64,000 nt of DNA, from the IMG/VR virus record IMGVR_UViG_3300044731_002337, positions 230,774 through 294,773 of that record; one strand, given 5' to 3'. How positions within the stretch are numbered: position 1 is the stretch's first letter; every line of letters starts with the position of its first letter. Of the stretch, positions 47,474 through 57,300 are shown piece after piece. Under the pieces are notes generated by a model. That model searched no databases, was not told where the DNA came from, and saw only the letters and a list, made by a program, of their open reading frames with translations. The position numbers and the translations under genes are program-made.

Positions 47474-48484
47474 ATGTCTGATGTTTATTTATTACCATTA
47501 CGTTTAAATTTGGAGGAAGCTCCTTTTCCTACTATTATTTTTATGGGCAAGAGAAATTCAGGGAAGAGTTCTGGAATGAAGGCCGTATCCAAAATGTTGA
47601 ACAAGTATAAAGTATGTGTTTGGTCAGGAAATAGAGAGACTAGAAATAATTGGGCCAAATGTTTAGATAGTCGAGCTACTGTATTTGGAGCAGATAAACA
47701 TGGTGTATCCAAATTGAAATCGATTATAGAATACAATCAAAGTAAAGTTGATGAATATGATATTTTGAATAAGGGGGAGTTACCGGCGAAATATCATTGT
47801 CTATTTATCTTTGATGATGTTACGGGTACAAGGGCATTTCGAAGTGCTGAATTTATGGAAGATTTGTTTTCAAATGGTCGACATTATTATATTGCGATTA
47901 TCATTGCGACACAACATGTCAGACATTTACCACCTAGTGTTCGTAGTAATGCGGATTATATCTTTTTATATCATTTAAATAAGAGACCTTTAGAACAAAT
48001 ACATGATGAGTTGATTGAAGAGCCAGACGATAAACATGCCTTTATTGATTTAGTTCGACAAGTTACAGGTAAGAAGGATCCAGCTACAGGTAAACGAATT
48101 CGGTATTCCATAGTATATGATAACGTCAATTGCCATGATGACTTGTCTGAGCAGTTTAGTATTTTTTGGTCCGGTCCTAAGAAATATTTTGAGAATTTGA
48201 AATTAGGTCATCCTAAATGGAGGGAATGGAATAAGAAACATTTTATAGATATAGGTAAACAAGCTATCTTGAAAAAAGCACGTGTCAAGGAACAAAAGAA
48301 GAGATTAGCGTCTCATTATGTACCACAGTTTGCCCATTTACGTATGGATCATGATTATTATGTACCACCACAAGAAGGAGAAGAGTTGGAAGGTGAAGGT
48401 GAAGGATATGAAACACATCACATCTCTACCAAAAAAACTAGTTTACGTTTACATATGCCCAAAGTTATGATGGTAGCTGAATAA
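47474..48484 (+). CDS. A32-like virion packaging ATPase
   Basis: IIFMGKRNSGKS, LFIFDDV, FSNGRHY, ATQH..LPPSVRSNADY. Confidence 0.93.
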   Translation: MSDVYLLPLRLNLEEAPFPTIIFMGKRNSGKSSGMKAVSKMLNKYKVCVWSGNRETRNNWAKCLDSRATVFGADKHGVSKLKSIIEYNQSKVDEYDILNKGELPAKYHCLFIFDDVTGTRAFRSAEFMEDLFSNGRHYYIAIIIATQHVRHLPPSVRSNADYIFLYHLNKRPLEQIHDELIEEPDDKHAFIDLVRQVTGKKDPATGKRIRYSIVYDNVNCHDDLSEQFSIFWSGPKKYFENLKLGHPKWREWNKKHFIDIGKQAILKKARVKEQKKRLASHYVPQFAHLRMDHDYYVPPQEGEELEGEGEGYETHHISTKKTSLRLHMPKVMMVAE

Positions 48485-48550
48485 ACGCATCTAGATAATG
48501 AAAAAAAAAATCAAATGTAAAGGAAAGAAGAAAAAAAATAAATAATAGAG

Positions 48551-49903
48551 ATGAGTAGTAGTTGGTCACAAGATGTTATTGGTCTTTATGAAGATAGTGA
48601 ACGACTAGTAGTCGAAGTGGAAGACATTATTGAAGGAGTAGATATTCCAGAAAGGACTGAAGGAAAACATGAAAATGAAGAAGAAGAAGAAGAAGAAGAA
48701 AATGAATCAATAACTATTTTATCACATCATGTAGATGAATATATATATGATGAGGATGTACCAGGTGATGGTCATGAATTTTGTTTAAAAAGTATTCCTA
48801 GTGAAGTATCCTCCTTAGTGTATGTGGTGGCAAATCATGAACATTCCTTTGTACCTACCATGATGCTTTCAAATCGTCCTGGTCGTAAAGTATATGTTGG
48901 ACGTAATGAGTTGGTGTTAGTGACTGGCCATAATCAACATTTAGCCATGACACAAGATAATCAATTCCTTATTGCCCGTGAAATACAGATTCTGCGTGAT
49001 TTGATTGGGGTCGATCATGTCATGCAGATTAAACAAGCCATAATGTTTGATAACCCTGAATATTTTGGGTTTATTACGCCGTATTATCGTGGAGTTAATG
49101 CGACGAAAGCGATTCAGGGTAATTTATATTTGATTAGTAAGTTTATGAAACAGTTATTGGGGGCGGTAGCAGATATCCATGAGCGAGGTATTGTTCATCG
49201 AGACTTGTGTTTTGAAAATGTGGTGTGGAATCCATTACGTGAAGAATTGACTATCATTGATTTTGATTTGGCTGTACCATTACGTAAAGAGGGGTATTAT
49301 ATTCGAGCTGGGCGTGAAAACTATGATGCTCCAGAAAAGACGAAAGCCATGGACTATTTTGGGAATAGGGTAGAATGGAATTCAGAATCACCCAAAGTGC
49401 CACCTTATAATGAATTGGTCGATGAATATGCTTGTGGTATCATGCTATGGATGTTACTAAGTGAATCCACTGATGCCCCATCACATGCGGATATCAAGAA
49501 ATGGTATCAAAAAGTGCAACGAAAGAAACTAGATAAGAAAGACCCTGAAATTCATTTTACCATGGGATTGTTAGCCACATTACCTAGCAATCGAACATCA
49601 GCCCGTAATGCCTTGAATCATCCATTCTTAACCGATACAGAACCTGATAAAGCCTATATCGATTTTCGTGCAGAGATGGATGAATTCGTACATGAACAAG
49701 AAGAAGAAGAAGAAGAAGAAGAGGAGGAGGATACCGCAGATGATGAGGATGATGAGGATCCTGAATGTGAACCAGAGAAAGAAGAAGAAGTGGCAAAGGA
49801 AGATGGGGATGATGATGATCCAGAGAAAGAAGTGGTAAACAAAGAACTTGAAGATGAGGATGAGGATGAGGATGATTTGGTGATTGAAGAAATTGTGGAG
49901 TGA
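48551..49903 (+). CDS. Ser/Thr protein kinase-like protein with acidic termini
   Basis: REIQIL, VHRDLCFENVV, IIDFDLA, YDAPE, DEYACG, RTSARNALNHPF. Confidence 0.85.
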   Translation: MSSSWSQDVIGLYEDSERLVVEVEDIIEGVDIPERTEGKHENEEEEEEEENESITILSHHVDEYIYDEDVPGDGHEFCLKSIPSEVSSLVYVVANHEHSFVPTMMLSNRPGRKVYVGRNELVLVTGHNQHLAMTQDNQFLIAREIQILRDLIGVDHVMQIKQAIMFDNPEYFGFITPYYRGVNATKAIQGNLYLISKFMKQLLGAVADIHERGIVHRDLCFENVVWNPLREELTIIDFDLAVPLRKEGYYIRAGRENYDAPEKTKAMDYFGNRVEWNSESPKVPPYNELVDEYACGIMLWMLLSESTDAPSHADIKKWYQKVQRKKLDKKDPEIHFTMGLLATLPSNRTSARNALNHPFLTDTEPDKAYIDFRAEMDEFVHEQEEEEEEEEEEDTADDEDDEDPECEPEKEEEVAKEDGDDDDPEKEVVNKELEDEDEDEDDLVIEEIVE

Positions 49904-49946
49904 GTTTGTAATGCAGGCTATATGGACAAAAATTGGGATAAATAAA

Positions 49947-50564
49947 ATGGAGGATTTAGTACATGCGTTATCGAATGTGATTAATGTGGAGGAAGTGAAT
50001 CGTCGTCGTATTGCTGAGGAATTAGTGTTATCTTTAGTGAAACGAATGAATATGGCTGATTTTTGTTACACTGTACAGCCATGGTTTGGATTTTCATCAG
50101 CTGAGTTATCTGAGTTGGATGGTATTGAACATAAACGTGTAGAAAAGTTGTTCCGAAGATATCAAAAGTACAAGAAGCCTTATGTGACGTGGTGGTTCTT
50201 AGGGTATTTCAGACACATGTCCCCTGAACAATTGGGAGATTTCATTTCTCAAGTCATGGAGGAAGATATTGATGAACTTGATATTACCCATTTCCTCACC
50301 CGTTTCAAATCATTCGATGCTTCCCATTTTGATGAAAGTAAATTATTTCGGTATGACAAGAACTGGTATCGTGTCACATTCCGTAACATTCAATGGGATG
50401 ATTCTACCACCTTGAACCTTACATGTGAAGTCAAGTTGACCGACGAGGAAGTTCATGCTTTGGGTGTCAACCTATGTAAACCCATTCTCTTCAACCCACG
50501 TAATCGTGAACTGAATCGTAAATTGGTAGACTATCATCTCGCCAAAGCTGGTGTAGCTTCATGA
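49947..50564 (+). CDS. hypothetical protein
   Basis: ORF; start could also be 49911. Confidence 0.65.
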   Translation: MEDLVHALSNVINVEEVNRRRIAEELVLSLVKRMNMADFCYTVQPWFGFSSAELSELDGIEHKRVEKLFRRYQKYKKPYVTWWFLGYFRHMSPEQLGDFISQVMEEDIDELDITHFLTRFKSFDASHFDESKLFRYDKNWYRVTFRNIQWDDSTTLNLTCEVKLTDEEVHALGVNLCKPILFNPRNRELNRKLVDYHLAKAGVAS

Positions 50565-50656
50565 GGCAATAAAACTTTTCAAAAATAACAAACATGATTC
50601 TGACTCAAAAAGCATAGAAGAAAAAGAAGAAAGTAAAAAAAGAAAACGAAACGTAA

Positions 50657-51184
50657 ATGTCTTATGCATTGTTTAATGGTGTATGGGTATTAGATAAGAG
50701 TAGGAATTCCAATTTAAGCCCTCTATTAGAAGCTATGGGTAGAAGTCGTTTTGAAGTGAGTTGTGTTTCTTCAGCAGATGAAATTTTTACATTAGAGTTA
50801 ATAACACCTAAACATGGCCATAAAGATGCGATTACGTTTCATAAAAAGGTGGAAATTTATTTACAAGATACCGTATTGAAATTGTTCGCCATGTTTAAGC
50901 CCAGTATCACCCGAATCAAGTATGAAAATCAATTCTTGTGTGATGGTGTATCACGAGATCATCCGAATGATTCCAAATCGTTTGGTTCATGTAATGCAGT
51001 ATGTTATATTACAGCAGATAATCATATTATTATTCGATGGTATATGAATGATAAACGTCGCATTATGATATCAGATCATTTCATTCATTCCGATGGAAAT
51101 CTCATTGTGGATATTTCTATTTCTCATCAAGGGAAAAGCACAATCGAGGTCCAATCTAGAAAAGTATACATAAAGAAAAATTAG
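50657..51184 (+). CDS. FABP/calycin-like beta-barrel protein
   Basis: FNGVWVLDKSRNSNLSPLLEAMG (FxGxWxL..S.N....L.ALG) and terminal RKVYIKK. Confidence 0.6.
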   Translation: MSYALFNGVWVLDKSRNSNLSPLLEAMGRSRFEVSCVSSADEIFTLELITPKHGHKDAITFHKKVEIYLQDTVLKLFAMFKPSITRIKYENQFLCDGVSRDHPNDSKSFGSCNAVCYITADNHIIIRWYMNDKRRIMISDHFIHSDGNLIVDISISHQGKSTIEVQSRKVYIKKN

Positions 51185-51192
51185 AATCTATA

Positions 51193-51786
51193 ATGGAGAA
51201 GAAGATTCGTAAGAAGAAGCAAATTGAGGAGGGGGGAATGGTAGATTTAGGTGTTTTTACACAATCGCCATTAGCCAAGAAAACCAAAGTCGCAACCCAA
51301 AAAAATCAAAACAAGAAGAAGAAGAATGATGAAAGGTTTTACATGTTTAAAAAATTTGCCAAGGATGTATTTAATGACCCTTTGACCTTGGAAGATTTTC
51401 AACGTTGGTCACCCTACTTTAAGGCCACAATGACCTTGGCTGAATATAAGAGATTGCAAGGTCAAGTTGATATATCCATGATTGAATATGTATCTCTATT
51501 AAGTGCCAAACATCGTAATGTCTCCCATAAAGAGGATATGGAAGGTATTAATGAGAGTGGTTTAATGGCTATAACGGATTTTATTCATTGTACGGAATAC
51601 ATGGCCAAATGGCAAGTAGATTGGTTAGTGAAATTAGGATGGACTACTGATACGACAGGCTATAGTATTAATACGGTTTCATTCAGTTCTGCAGAATTAA
51701 TGACTTCAGGTGTGGAATGGCTTGGTATGGTCATCAAATTATCGTGTCGCATGATAGAGTTTGCTTCACCATTATCACCAGTATGA
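51193..51786 (+). CDS. hypothetical protein with basic N-terminus
   Basis: ORF; convergent overlap with the next gene. Confidence 0.6.
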   Translation: MEKKIRKKKQIEEGGMVDLGVFTQSPLAKKTKVATQKNQNKKKKNDERFYMFKKFAKDVFNDPLTLEDFQRWSPYFKATMTLAEYKRLQGQVDISMIEYVSLLSAKHRNVSHKEDMEGINESGLMAITDFIHCTEYMAKWQVDWLVKLGWTTDTTGYSINTVSFSSAELMTSGVEWLGMVIKLSCRMIEFASPLSPV

Positions 51787-52880
51787 TCATAATAACCCAT
51801 TACATGTAAAGGCCTTCGAATGTGATGTTCATCTAATAATTGTTCACGATAACGAATCATTTCAGTAAATTCTTTGCAAAAGTCTTGTACTACATAGATA
51901 CGTCCTTTCTTATGTTTTGGATGAACATTCAATAAAAACATGTGTTCCACTTGATATCCGTATTGTTGTAACATCCATTTAAGACCTGATTGTTGGATAC
52001 CATACGTATTGATCTTATTATTAGTAATATGTCCACATGGCCCATATCCATGAGTCACATTCCAGAAACTAGTATAATCAATATTATCGCATCGCTTCAA
52101 GTCAATAATGGATAGCAATTTAGGGTTTGATTTGTTTTGGAGAATAATATCTGGAGATCCGGCCAATAATGCTGGTGGATAACATAAAGGCTGCTCTGTC
52201 CAAAATATATCCCAATCCCAAAACTTTTTATCCTCATAAATCTTTAAAAATTGCTCAACACACACCTTATTCTCCGGATGAATGGTCTGTTGCTCAAATG
52301 GTATACCATTCAAAAATAACTCAATATTACGATGAAATTCAGTACCTAGATCTCTTGCTTCATCCCATTTAGCTTGAATATCCTCCACACATAAACAATT
52401 GTAATACTTATAACTTGGTTGATTCACACGTGTCGCATGAGACTTACTGTTAATCATTCGTTCTGATTCTTTGGTCGCATTAAACCCTGTGAAAAAACAA
52501 CTAATAAATTTAGTCAGCGAAATCACATTTTGAGAGGACCCATAAATATAATAACTATGACCTTCAGCTACAAATAATACAGCATCTTGCATGGGGTGAT
52601 AATTCTTTCGATTCCAGTAACGATGTGGTAATTGTCGATCCGCATAAATGAGTTGCTTCATATGTTCCACTGAAATATCTGGTGGATAAACTTCTTTTGT
52701 ACATAACAATGTTGCTGTTGACACCATCAATGAAGTTGGTTCGACAAATGGTTCACTACGTTGGAAATTATAGAGTGGAATGATGGGTGCTGGTGCTGTT
52801 ACTGCGGTTTTTGTTGTCTCCGTTTCATCCTCTTCCACTTCCATTTCATTAAGTTCAGTAATATCAATAGTAGTAGTCAT
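51660..52880 (-). CDS. PD-(D/E)XK exonuclease (RecB/Cas4/YqaJ-like)
   Basis: GTEFHRNIE, TEQ, AGSPDII, IIDLKR, YGIQ. Confidence 0.85.
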   Translation of the reverse strand: MTTTIDITELNEMEVEEDETETTKTAVTAPAPIIPLYNFQRSEPFVEPTSLMVSTATLLCTKEVYPPDISVEHMKQLIYADRQLPHRYWNRKNYHPMQDAVLFVAEGHSYYIYGSSQNVISLTKFISCFFTGFNATKESERMINSKSHATRVNQPSYKYYNCLCVEDIQAKWDEARDLGTEFHRNIELFLNGIPFEQQTIHPENKVCVEQFLKIYEDKKFWDWDIFWTEQPLCYPPALLAGSPDIILQNKSNPKLLSIIDLKRCDNIDYTSFWNVTHGYGPCGHITNNKINTYGIQQSGLKWMLQQYGYQVEHMFLLNVHPKHKKGRIYVVQDFCKEFTEMIRYREQLLDEHHIRRPLHVMGYYDHTGDNGEANSIMRHDNLMTIPSHSTPEVINSAELNETVLIL

Positions 52881-53023
52881 TGATTAGTAACTCTTTTTTT
52901 GTTATTATCTTATCTCAGTACTATCCCAATTCATTAAACCCATTCTGATCATGATGAGGAAAACAAGTAATAATTAAGGAATCAAAATAACAGAAAAAAA
53001 AAAGAAATAATACGAAAAAAAGT

Positions 53024-53257
53024 ATGAATGCACATGATGAGGCAGTCATTGAATATATCAAATCGGATCAGCCCAATGCATATACCATTATTCCATGGTC
53101 TAATGTGACTGTAGGTGAATACGCTAATCAATTAATTGCCTTTCACATATTACGCAAGAAGAATTTATTCATGGTACCAAATATGAAACCCAAACTTCGA
53201 TCAACTCGACAACGTCATAAAAATAAAGAAGTCATCAAAAAAAGAACTCCATCATGA
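53024..53257 (+). CDS. small hypothetical protein
   Basis: A-tract leader; ATGA overlap with the next gene. Confidence 0.6.
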   Translation: MNAHDEAVIEYIKSDQPNAYTIIPWSNVTVGEYANQLIAFHILRKKNLFMVPNMKPKLRSTRQRHKNKEVIKKRTPS

Positions 53258-53937
53258 ATCATCAAAGTTTTTTATGTGAACGCTTAACTGCTTCCTTACG
53301 ATTAACTTTTATTAAATTAGATAGTCAACTCAAACAATTTATCATTATGAGAAAATGTGAAATTACACCACAAAAGATTATCCAATTATTATCAACCAAC
53401 TTTTCTGCCCTCTATTTAACAATCATTTATCCTGGACATATCCAATGTAGTAGCGATTTCCAAAACTTTAGTTGGCATGCCAATTTTCAAATCGATCTCA
53501 ATACTGATTTTTGGGCCTTGTGTTGGTCCACTTTTATTGATCGAATTTCCATGGAACCACATATCCTGATTGATAATGTTTCACATGGAAATCGTGTTCT
53601 TGAATTATGGATTCAATCGATTATGGATCGTTTTTGGGGCCATGTTAAATTTCCAAGTCAATCAGAGGATAGGAATCGTCGTCACCATAAGTATAATGAT
53701 TCCTCATCCTCTTCTTCCTCCTCTTCTTCTGCAACAAGTGAGGATGAAAATGATGAGGTGGAGGAGGATAATCATATGGTACAGCATATGAATCCATTTC
53801 GTGTAACAATACCTCAATCACAACCGCCAATGAACAACAACAACAATAAGAAAAAGAGAGGAAGAAGAGTAGAAAAGAAAAAAAGAGATCCTTCCACTTC
53901 TCCATCCTCCTCTTCCTTTGATTCAGATGTTTCGTAA
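53254..53937 (+). CDS. hypothetical protein with low-complexity C-terminus
   Basis: Poly-S, poly-N and basic tail. Confidence 0.6.
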   Translation: MNHQSFLCERLTASLRLTFIKLDSQLKQFIIMRKCEITPQKIIQLLSTNFSALYLTIIYPGHIQCSSDFQNFSWHANFQIDLNTDFWALCWSTFIDRISMEPHILIDNVSHGNRVLELWIQSIMDRFWGHVKFPSQSEDRNRRHHKYNDSSSSSSSSSSATSEDENDEVEEDNHMVQHMNPFRVTIPQSQPPMNNNNNKKKRGRRVEKKKRDPSTSPSSSSFDSDVS

Positions 53938-55363
53938 AACTAAACAGTACATTAGTTTTGGGTTATTTGGGTTTGGAATCTTATTAATGCTCATTGGAAT
54001 TATCATTATCACCGTCATGGATGTAAAGAATAATAATACGATTGCCCATGATATTACTTATTCTTTTGAAACACAAAGTACACCACCAGATCAGTTTAGT
54101 AAACCAACACCCAAAGCTGTAAGTGATTTTCGTTTAAGAGATGCATCTATCTCTACCTTGATGTATTATAATGATTTCTCCATTACTTCACCACCAGTAT
54201 GGAAATTAAATTACAATGATAGTGATGCTGATATTAAAGATATGGTAACCAAGAACATGGATAAGACTTTTTCATTTTCGAATTTCGTCTTTTGGTATCA
54301 TGATTCCACATTAAATTTATTATGTTCTTCCCCTGATGGATATAGTCGATTATCCAATGTACTCATAGGTGAATCAGAGGGCACCATGACTATAGTTCCT
54401 AAGCCTATGGACTTGAGTATTGTCTATTTACCTCAACGTAACATACAAGCCAATGTGACCAAAGTAGGTCGAGCTATCGCATTGAGTCATGATAATCAAC
54501 GACTCTATGTCTCCTATTACCCTACAGACAATATTGAAGGACGTGTCTACCATAAAGACCAAACAAGTAGTAACTTCCCTTCCACACCTTTACTCAATCT
54601 TAAACATAAATTATGTGGCGCCATCTCCATCTTCCATTGGAATGATATCAACTTGGAATGGACCTTACAAACTACAATACAACATCCTTTTGGTAGCCGT
54701 ATTGAGATCAACGGTCAATTCGATCATTTTGGAAAATTCATTACACCTTGGACCATGCGAAACTATGTCACACAACAAGACACCTACATGTTTACCACAT
54801 TTTCCATTGGCCATTCCAACCTACACTATTTTATTACCTACCAAGAAGATGGTACATTGTACAATTATTTCTCCACCTATTTACTCAATGTATCCCAATT
54901 GATTGTCGATGAGTCATGGTTATTTATCGCCTCTGAATCTAATGAAGTATATACCTATTCATGGAATCATAACTTGAAAACATGTACTGAAGTTCAACGT
55001 ATTTTATCGATAAGTAATCCTCCCATTTGCTATTGGAATAAAATATTATATATATACCCTAAAGTCTATGAGGTTGACAATGGAAAATGGACTGAAAATA
55101 CACAAAAAAAATTAACTACAAGTGATTCACGAACTATTAAACAGTTGGTTACAGATCCATTACATCAAATTGTGGTGGCTGTAGGAGCAACATTCTATAT
55201 TATTTTCCCTATTTCCATTATTACGCCTACGCCATTAATTCGTGAAGGATTACTCCAAGAACCTAAAGTAGTACAAGTTCAATTTGTATCCCAAACTAGT
55301 TTTGTCATTATCATGTCCACCGAATCTGCCTTTTATTGTGACGTCTATAAAACTTCCGAGTAA
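53927..55363 (+). CDS. type II membrane protein with predicted beta-propeller ectodomain
   Basis: N-terminal TM; VGRAIALSHDNQRLYVS, GAISIFHW, DHFGKFI FG-GAP-like segments. Confidence 0.6.
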   Translation: MFRKTKQYISFGLFGFGILLMLIGIIIITVMDVKNNNTIAHDITYSFETQSTPPDQFSKPTPKAVSDFRLRDASISTLMYYNDFSITSPPVWKLNYNDSDADIKDMVTKNMDKTFSFSNFVFWYHDSTLNLLCSSPDGYSRLSNVLIGESEGTMTIVPKPMDLSIVYLPQRNIQANVTKVGRAIALSHDNQRLYVSYYPTDNIEGRVYHKDQTSSNFPSTPLLNLKHKLCGAISIFHWNDINLEWTLQTTIQHPFGSRIEINGQFDHFGKFITPWTMRNYVTQQDTYMFTTFSIGHSNLHYFITYQEDGTLYNYFSTYLLNVSQLIVDESWLFIASESNEVYTYSWNHNLKTCTEVQRILSISNPPICYWNKILYIYPKVYEVDNGKWTENTQKKLTTSDSRTIKQLVTDPLHQIVVAVGATFYIIFPISIITPTPLIREGLLQEPKVVQVQFVSQTSFVIIMSTESAFYCDVYKTSE

Positions 55364-55405
55364 ACTAATAAAGAGAGAAGATTAAAAAAAAAAACAAAAA
55401 TTATC

Positions 55406-55864
55406 ATGGATGAGTTTGATAAGATCTTACATGAAGAAACTCGTGAGGTAGAGACAGCAAGTCATTCAGGGCATAGTCTTGTTCCTTTACCTGAACCTAT
55501 GAATTTACCTGAACCCCTGGTATTACCTTCACCACTTGTCGGTATTACCATGTATCAACATCATCATCATGAGTATACCTCCTCCTCCTCTTGTAGTAGT
55601 CGTTCCTTAGTAAGCAAAGAAGATGCTTTGAATTTTACGGCATGGTTATGTCCAGAGAGGGAAGAACCATGTCACCCTTTACCTGAGCGACCCACTGAAG
55701 AAATTCCCGGATCCATATTTACAGATACCGCACAATTTGATGCATGGAAGAGTCGCCGAATCATTCAAGAAGATGATGCAGCAGCAGATAAATTAGTGAA
55801 AGATGCGTTCATCCAAAAACTGAAACCACCACATTCGGGAATACCAAAAGAAGACTTGCCATGA
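55406..55864 (+). CDS. hypothetical protein
   Basis: A-tract leader; ATGA overlap with the next gene. Confidence 0.6.
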   Translation: MDEFDKILHEETREVETASHSGHSLVPLPEPMNLPEPLVLPSPLVGITMYQHHHHEYTSSSSCSSRSLVSKEDALNFTAWLCPEREEPCHPLPERPTEEIPGSIFTDTAQFDAWKSRRIIQEDDAAADKLVKDAFIQKLKPPHSGIPKEDLP

Positions 55865-56796
55865 AACAACATACAATACTCCAAGTGGATTCCTTTCTCT
55901 CCATGTTACAAGGATGTCTTTTATGGTCAGACACAGTACGAATTGAAATTGATGCCGAAGAACATATCTCACTTGACCTTTCTGATCCGGAAGGGCTAGG
56001 ATGCATATCATGTTTCTCCTCCATGGAACCCATGAACCATAACCATTCCATTTCCCACCTCTTCCTCATTGATCAACTCATTGACGCATTACAAATGATT
56101 AGTAAACATAATCATCAACACGGTGTCTATTTACAATTCTCCTCGGATCGAGCCAAGTTTATCAATCTACAACACGAATACATGACACAAGATATCCCCA
56201 TTTGCGATTATAGACCGCTTCATAAATTCCACCATATCGCTTTCCCCACCACAGATTATATCTCACTCCATTATCCCAGCGCTGAATGGAACCACATGAT
56301 TCAAACCTTTTGTATCTTTGCTGGAAGTCGTGGATCACCATTACAATATCACATGGACATTGATAAAGACAAGAGACTCATCACGTTACATCTACATATG
56401 ACTACTGATGCAGGACATAGTGTAGATATGAACATCAAATGTAAAGCTGCAAATGAAATTGGACGTAATCTAGGCACATCAGACATTCAAGTCGATGAAA
56501 TTCCATTTTCGTCTTGCACTTCTTCCTCTTTACATGGACAAGTTTGTTTACATAATTTACTTAATTCATGTCGCTTAACCACTACATCACCTCATTCTAC
56601 CCTACTATTTCATCGCACTGGTATCTATCAACAAATTACACCATTCACACCTCCACCCAAACCGGCATTCCCTTACCAAACTGGACAACAACGCAACAAA
56701 ACACAACATGGACCCAGACCCACCCCTGAATTCCCATACTACATCCACATGTTCTACGTCAGTGTACCCGATCTCGATCCTTCCTCATTCTCATAA
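55861..56796 (+). CDS. divergent PCNA-like sliding clamp
   Basis: Pattern recalls PCNA: FLSMLQG...VRIEID..ISLDLSD; IDQLIDALQMI; TDYISLHYPSAEWNHMI (cf. EYSCVVKMPSGEFARI). Confidence 0.5.
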   Translation: MKQHTILQVDSFLSMLQGCLLWSDTVRIEIDAEEHISLDLSDPEGLGCISCFSSMEPMNHNHSISHLFLIDQLIDALQMISKHNHQHGVYLQFSSDRAKFINLQHEYMTQDIPICDYRPLHKFHHIAFPTTDYISLHYPSAEWNHMIQTFCIFAGSRGSPLQYHMDIDKDKRLITLHLHMTTDAGHSVDMNIKCKAANEIGRNLGTSDIQVDEIPFSSCTSSSLHGQVCLHNLLNSCRLTTTSPHSTLLFHRTGIYQQITPFTPPPKPAFPYQTGQQRNKTQHGPRPTPEFPYYIHMFYVSVPDLDPSSFS

Positions 56797-56900
56797 TATG
56801 TGCGCATACCAACCATAAGACATAAAACAAAACTACCAAATAACAAAAAAACACTCTTCTTCTTCTTCTTGTTTTTTTTTGTTGGTCTTATTCCTTGTTC

Positions 56901-57266
56901 ATGGGTCATTGGTATACTAAACCTATTCAATCCAAAGAATGTCGATTAATGGGCATCATGAATCCTGAACATACCATTATCTGGCCTTCTACATGGCAGG
57001 AATTAATTGATTATCTTTCACAAATGCACCCTGAAGCAAGACATATTCAATATTGTATCTTTTTAACAGCATTAGGTGAAAAAAGAATCTATAATGAAGC
57101 CTCTTATGCTGCTATGATACCCGCTCTCAAAATATATGATGGAAACATTCATGTCTACTCCGTTTTTCTATGGCAAGTCATTCTCCCCAATCAAGAAACC
57201 TTATGGTTATCAACCCATTTAGATTTAAAAGTATTACCTTCCTGGGAAAAAATTAAACATACCTAA
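56901..57266 (+). CDS. hypothetical protein
   Basis: ORF tiles the gene map. Confidence 0.55.
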   Translation: MGHWYTKPIQSKECRLMGIMNPEHTIIWPSTWQELIDYLSQMHPEARHIQYCIFLTALGEKRIYNEASYAAMIPALKIYDGNIHVYSVFLWQVILPNQETLWLSTHLDLKVLPSWEKIKHT

Positions 57267-57300
57267 TAAAAAAAAAGAACAAAAAAATATATTAATTACC

